In this document: one piece after another, positions 58,648 to 64,000 of the stretch
Layout of the letters: every line of letters starts with the position of its first letter
Position numbering within the stretch: position 1 is the first letter of the stretch
From: Somniosus microcephalus
Taxonomy: Eukaryota
DNA: 64,000 bases
Assembly (NCBI GenBank): GCA_052327205.1
Contig: CM126204.1
Span: forward strand, 57,350,001 to 57,414,000
Direction of reading: 5' to 3'
Made by a program: the position numbers and the translations under genes
Notes under the pieces: generated by a model
Told to the model about the DNA's origin: nothing
The model's database searches: none
The model's input: only the letters and a program-made list of their open reading frames with translations

Positions 58648-58785
58648 TGGGGTAATGTTAACCTAATCCGGCTGGTGGGAAACTGACAGGATCGGATCGA
58701 CTTCACGGGAAAGTAAAATCGGGCTGGCGTAAAAGATCCAATCCCGTCAGTTTCCTGTGGGACAGGTTAGGTTAAAATTATTCTA
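58648..58785. mobile_element. small palindromic MITE
   Basis: TAACCTAA...GGAAACTGACAGGATCGGATC pairs imperfectly with GATCCAATCCCGTCAGTTTCC...TTAGGTTA; a similar end occurs at 31746-31800. Confidence 0.6.
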
Positions 58786-59659
58786 CCTTTCATTACCTTA
58801 AAAACCTTAAGTGAGTGAGTTTAAAAAAGTGACTGTAATACTATTAAATATAATTTCATGGCATGGCTCAGGTCGTTAGCCTTGTTGAATAACTGTTGGA
58901 TATTATTTTCTTCCCAGCATTATCATAATCTTTTATATGTAGACCTTTGGCGTGAAATCTAATTTAAATGATTTGACAGACAAATTAACAGTGCCAGTCA
59001 CACTCTCCAGGGCAGCATGCCATTGAGGTCATTGCTTTTCCTGCTACCATGCCAACAGTATCTCTCAAGCACAGAGCAGTAAACATCTGAGTCACCGGAA
59101 CCTCCAAAAATTCGATTTAATGATTTGCCACATATAATCCTCAAAACACAAATATCATCACTCCATCCTTAATTAAAAACTTGTCTAATACGTAGTAACA
59201 AATTATGAGTCTTAATGTAAACAGAAACCACATCAGATGCTCATTAAAAATGATGCTTATCAGTTGAGTGGACCCTAGCACGCTAGACACATTAGCATTA
59301 GACTGGTATCTGTATGATTTTACTGTTTGGATCAATGTCAAAAGGAACTTCAAGATTTCAACTTACAATTTGTATTCTTATAGCACCATTCACATGCAGG
59401 GGTATGTCTTAAAGTGCTTTACCCAGTGATGCATAATGATTCGATATTGAACAGGAGGGGAAAAGGACAAAAAGGAGTTTAGGAGGGGGGTGAAAGTAGA
59501 GTTGAAGAGATCTTAAAGAAGATTCTGAATGCAGGAAGGGAACTGAAAAGCAGGGGGTGCCAGAGGGAAGAGCTGTAAAGGGTCGGGATCATAGTGGCTG
59601 AAGGAGTGGAGAGGAGGAACAATGAGCAGGCTGACCTCACAGTAACTGTACATCTCTTT

Positions 59660-61560
59660 AAAATTTTATTTTCTAGCCGTTGGGATTAGTCCATTGGCAT
59701 GAATGTGTGAGCAGGGGCGCAGAATGCGGCAAAGGATCCCTTTCGCTGGATCACCATTCAATTAACGCAGCATGCACTCTTCTGGGGGTACATTAAGACT
59801 GGCCTGAAGAGCTTTAGCACAAAATGTCTTCTGAGCCTTATCATGTTCCATGAACTAATATCAAGTCACAACCTGTTCCATGCATTCCTGATGAGAATGA
59901 ATTACACAGCGGGTCTCCGTATGGGATACATGCTGTGCTAACCCAAACAAACCCCCTTAGAGCCACTGGTATTACCAAGGTTCCTTTGTAGTTTTCAGCC
60001 CTATTAGGATTTTGCTTCTTGTGGATAAAAGTCACAATTGCAGTCTGAGTACCGATGTTCTCGAACATTACCATTCCCCCACCCTGAGCAACTTTCAGGA
60101 ATTTGGCCTGACTAAAGTCCATGCCTGCCACCTACTGTTAGCTCGGCAATGCAGTACAGCATGCACTTCGTCTCAGAGAACTGGTTCAATTAGAGTTTCC
60201 ATTTGCACAACACTCTATGCCCTCTTTTCTAACCTCCATGCAGATGGGTCCCTACTACTACTGATTGGGTTGGATGCCAACACAATGAAGTGCTTTCTTC
60301 AGACCTTGAAGATACTCTCACATGTTTGTTGAAGAGAATAGCCCTTGTCAATCATTGGCACTAGGTCAGAGGAATATTTTTGATCAGAACTGATAACGGA
60401 TTTCAGACGACCAGATGTAAGGATAATTTTTGTGTAATTGTGAGCCTGTTTAGATCGATACAACCCACTCTATCCTCCCTCATCTCCTCAATGTCTATCT
60501 TAGCCTCATGAAGCCTTACCTCATAATGTGCCTGTTATAAATCTCATCATCATGAAGAAACGACACATGAAATAACACTGGACGGCCAGCTGGTGGCGCC
60601 ATCCAAGGAGTATAAATACTCGGGCGTGGGCCCAGCTTGCCCTGGGACATTTTGTAAGACAGGAACTAGTGAAGTACAACTAGACCTCCATGTTTTGAAA
60701 CAAGTTGATTAAAGCCTTGCTTTATACTCGAACCAAGTGCGTAGTGAGTTTTATTACGTCAGTACTTTTGCAGCAGCTCTCAGTTACTTTGAAGAAGTTT
60801 CCCTTCACAGTTGTTAACAGAACTAAGTCTACCTTCAGGTTTTTTTAAGACTTTGTCCACAGGCACAGGAAAATCAATGGTCTCATTATCTGCTGTCAAG
60901 TCTTCCCTATTGGCAGTCACCGAGGCTTCATGATCAGCAATATCGTTCTTGTAACTCAACAGTTTGGCACAATTACTTAGAACACAGAAACCATCAAGTC
61001 TCAACTATCATGTAAATAGAGCCACCATAAAAGAGGCCGACAAAGATCAATCTGCTCATTTCCCCTCGTATATGGAATGCACCTACCCTCCATTCTTTAC
61101 CTCCCCAGTAATCTAGGTGATACCAGATAGGAAATTGCAAGGTCAATTCGTAGCCCATCGCTGCAGCCGACTGCCCTGTTCTCTTTTTCTCTCTCCCAAC
61201 ATGAGTTGTTGCTACAACCCTTCTTTCTTTCATGGTGAGAGTGCGTACATGGGTTGTCGACTCACCCAAAACTTTCCAAACGTCTGTAGGCAGCAGGATG
61301 AGAGAATGATATTGCTGTTTTCTTCCAGAGAGTGGTGCCCTGGTTCTGTGAAGCGCCTTGCCCAGCAATTTGTCTGAAAAGAATGAAAATTCACTGCACA
61401 AATGCTTTCATGTATCAGGCAACACTGGGCCTCAAACCACAATAATGGGAAGAGACAGTGTCATCGGAGACATTGTGCACAGTGAGTTAAGGCAGTTTGC
61501 TCAGAAGCATGAGACACTCATAATTTATCAGCAACATAGACATGAGAAGTTATGATAGCC
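59660..61560 (-). pseudogene. highly decayed R2/NeSL-like non-LTR retrotransposon, split by a solo LTR
   Basis: Minus-strand fragments: C2H2-like LCSEFSFFSDKLLGKALHRTRA, and RT-start-like LIEPVL*DEVHAVL...TAIVTFIHKKQNPNRAENYKGTLVIPVALRGF. Many stops and frameshifts. Confidence 0.45.
60391..60761 (+). mobile_element. probable solo LTR (371 bp)
   Basis: TGATAAC...TTACGTCA termini; flanks GAAC/GTAC; internal TATAAATA at 60611 and ATTAAA at 60708. Confidence 0.6.
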
Positions 61561-62293
61561 TTTCATGAGTGACAGACCACGCAAAACTCACTGTCATCAG
61601 CAAAGCTGTCTGTTCAGAGTTTGCTTCTTCTTGTGGAATCCTAAAAACCTCTTTATAAATTAATTTTAGAGTGCTGTCTACTGTGAATTAAAATGTTATG
61701 TCAAAACTATAAATCACCATTTTTGATTAATGACGTATGAAAATCCCTTGAATTAGCTGATTTATGTTTTTATTACATTTCTAAATCTGCCTATCACCCT
61801 GCTACGATTGGAAATCCAAATTTCAGACCTGAGCACCTGTTTGTGTAAGGATGATTGCAAAATTCCAACATCATAATGTCACAACGGGTGTAGGGAATAT
61901 ACTGGAATTTACCTTTGCATAGATAAGGTTAAATATATAGGGCTAGATTTTCAGTATAGACAGTTTTGGGGCGCTAACCTTAGCGCCCGCCCGAAGTTAG
62001 CGCCCGCCCCAAAGTAGCGCCCCGTTGCCGGAAATTCAGTGGCTTCGCCCTAAGAGATTGGTGGAGCGCTAAAAGAGGCGTTCCACTCCTATCTTTAGGC
62101 GCTAAGCCGGCGGTCCAGAGGGATAGCGCCCAGGCGGGGCGCAGCGCGGGTGCGGTCATTTTTGGACTGACAGCAGACCCCGTGGCGCCGACCAGCTCTT
62201 AAAGGGGGAAGGGACGAATTGGTCTGCTGCCACGCCCTGCACACTGCAGCCTTGCAAAGAGGCCTCAACACTGCTGCTCAGCCCCAGGGAGTC

Positions 62294-64000
62294 ATGGCAA
62301 CGCCAGAGAAGGCCCGTCAGCGTGCCCTGCGCTTCTCAGAGGGTGATCTGGACATAATGGTCACAGCTCTGGAGGTGAGGCACAAGATCTTGTTCCCAGA
62401 GAGTGGGAGGAATCCAACCCACCACGACTACACCAAAGCCTGGAAGCAGATCGCCCAGAGGGTGACGTTCACCGGCGATGCCCCCAGGACCCACAAACAA
62501 TGTCGTAAAAAATACAACGATCTGACCAGGATTGTGAAGGTGAGTAGCCTTTCCAGTCTCCTCCTCATTCTTGCATGTACACCTGACATGATGGGCAAAG
62601 GGAGCTGAAAGTCCTATTGGCCAGCCCTCAGCCAGCAGCATTAGGACAGTCATGAGCATCACATGGCCATTCGGCACTCTACACTTTGTCCAAGATATTC
62701 CACCATGGGAGGCAGTGCACACTACATCAGGGCTTCACGCTGTCCAAGCTATTCCACCATGGGAGGCAGTGCACACTACATCAGGGCTTCACTCTGTCCA
62801 AGCTATTCCACCATGGGAGGCAGTGCACACTACATCAGGGCTTCACTCTGTCCACGCTATTCCACCATGGGAGGCAGTGCACACTACATCAGGGCTTCAC
62901 TCTGTCCACGCTATTCCACCATGGGAGGCAGTGCACACTACATCAGGGCTTCACTGCGCACTTACAGCCCGTCCTTTCTCTTGCAGGCTAAAGTAGCGGT
63001 TAATCGCCAGGCGCATGCCAGGGGTGGCCGTGCCAAGCTGCAGAAGCTCACTTGGCTGGAGGAGCGCGTGTGTGTGCTCATGGGAGCCCGTGTGATTGTC
63101 CCCACAGCGTGCGGAGTATCTGACCCTCCACTGCCCGGCAATGGTAAGGACCTCGCCTTTTGGCCCTCTCGCGTCGCACTGGCCCATCCGAGCTACCTCC
63201 TTTGCCACTGTCCCACCAATGCGCTGAATGCCACCAGTCCTAACTCCCTCGCTGACGCCGTCTCCTCACTCTGAAGCTACTCTTGTGCATTCCTGCTTTC
63301 AGCTGGTGACGACCAGGACCCTGAAGCTGCCAGTGACAGCACCTCCGACCAGGAGGAGGGGGAGGAGCAAGCCGGACCTTCGGGGGAACAGTCACGTCCC
63401 GCAGGAGAGGAGGAAATGCTTGACACCTCCTCACTGGACGAGTGCCTGGAGGAACTGTCGCAGGGCAATGCAGCTTCTGGGACCAGTGGCGTCCAGCCAC
63501 CCAGGAGCCGTGCGCGTGGCCCGCGGCCTTCCCCCCAAAGGGGGGAAGGATCAGAGGGGAGTGCTGCTGTTCGGCACACTCGCCACCACCAACGCGGCAA
63601 GAGTCCCCTAGTTCGGCCCCCTCCTCCCCAGCGGGAGAGTCGCGACTCCAGTCCGGACACCTTCACCTCGGAGGAGGTGCGGAAGCTGGATAAGATGGCC
63701 GAGGATTCGGACCGGCGCCACACGGAGCTCATGAGCGTGGTGGGGCGCATGCCTGAGGCCATCGAGTCGCTGGCGACCAGTGTGCGCGAGTTCGGGGCAG
63801 CAACTGCCGCGAGTGGCCGCATGCTGACTGATGCCGTCAAGACCCTGGCGGCTGTGATGCGCGCGCACACCAGGACCACAGGGGCACTCACTGCTGCCAC
63901 ATGCGCTGTCTCAGGCAGGCATCGCCAGGGCAGCCGCCGCGCTGGACCATCCCAGCAAGCCGCCCCTCGGCTGATTGTTGCGGATCCTGCAGTGCGGGCC
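62294..64000 (+). CDS. Harbinger C Myb/SANT-like gene, spliced and open to the window end (exons 62294-62539, 62987-63143, 63303->64000)
   Basis: MATPEKARQRALRFSEGDLDIMV...WKQIAQRV...RTHKQCRKKYNDL; donors GTGAGT and GTAAGG, acceptors TTGCAG and TTTCAG; phases 0 and 1 give a stop-free frame; same intron positions as Harbinger B. Confidence 0.88.
62682..62954. repeat. 54-bp minisatellite x5 in intron 1 of the Harbinger C gene
   Basis: Unit TATTCCACCATGGGAGGCAGTGCACACTACATCAGGGCTTCACTCTGTCCAMGC starting at 62696, 62750, 62804, 62858 and 62912. Confidence 0.95.

Larger units (their letters stand above)
61940..64000 (+). mobile_element. PIF/Harbinger transposon C, young, extends beyond the window
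   Basis: TIR-like GGGCTAGATTTTCAG; CpG-rich subterminal TAGCGCCC repeats; intact Myb/SANT gene. Confidence 0.88.

Noticed and set aside
62652-63274. Repetitive ORFs in three frames (e.g. IPPWEAVHTTSGLHSV repeats)
   Set aside because: By-products of a stop-free 54-bp minisatellite inside a GT-AG intron.

Overview
This is eukaryotic DNA, almost certainly from a cartilaginous fish (shark-type HE1/V-SINE, Deu-domain SINE and CR1 LINEs). It is a dense nest of transposable elements, and I recognise no host protein-coding gene. Contents: two nearly intact minus-strand Ty3/Gypsy elements (165-5206, 23981-28367); a 9.3-kb retrovirus-like element with 1.2-kb LTRs and no RT, IN or env (7684-16956), carrying a nested non-autonomous Gypsy (12960-15680); three solo LTRs; three two-gene-type PIF/Harbinger transposons, one with an apparently intact spliced Myb/SANT gene running off the right end; several Harbinger MITEs and relics; one CR1 with an intact ORF2 plus many CR1/L2-group fragments; and a very decayed R2-like element. 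Best leads: (1) the retrovirus-like element has a Gag with three P(T/S)AP motifs, a CAA-UGA-CUAG readthrough-type stop at the gag/protease boundary, and an unexplained repeat-expanded ORF where RT should be; (2) a U_UUA_AAC -1 slippery site is conserved at the ORF1/ORF2 overlap of two diverged CR1 copies. All family assignments come from motifs recognised by eye; no database searches were run.
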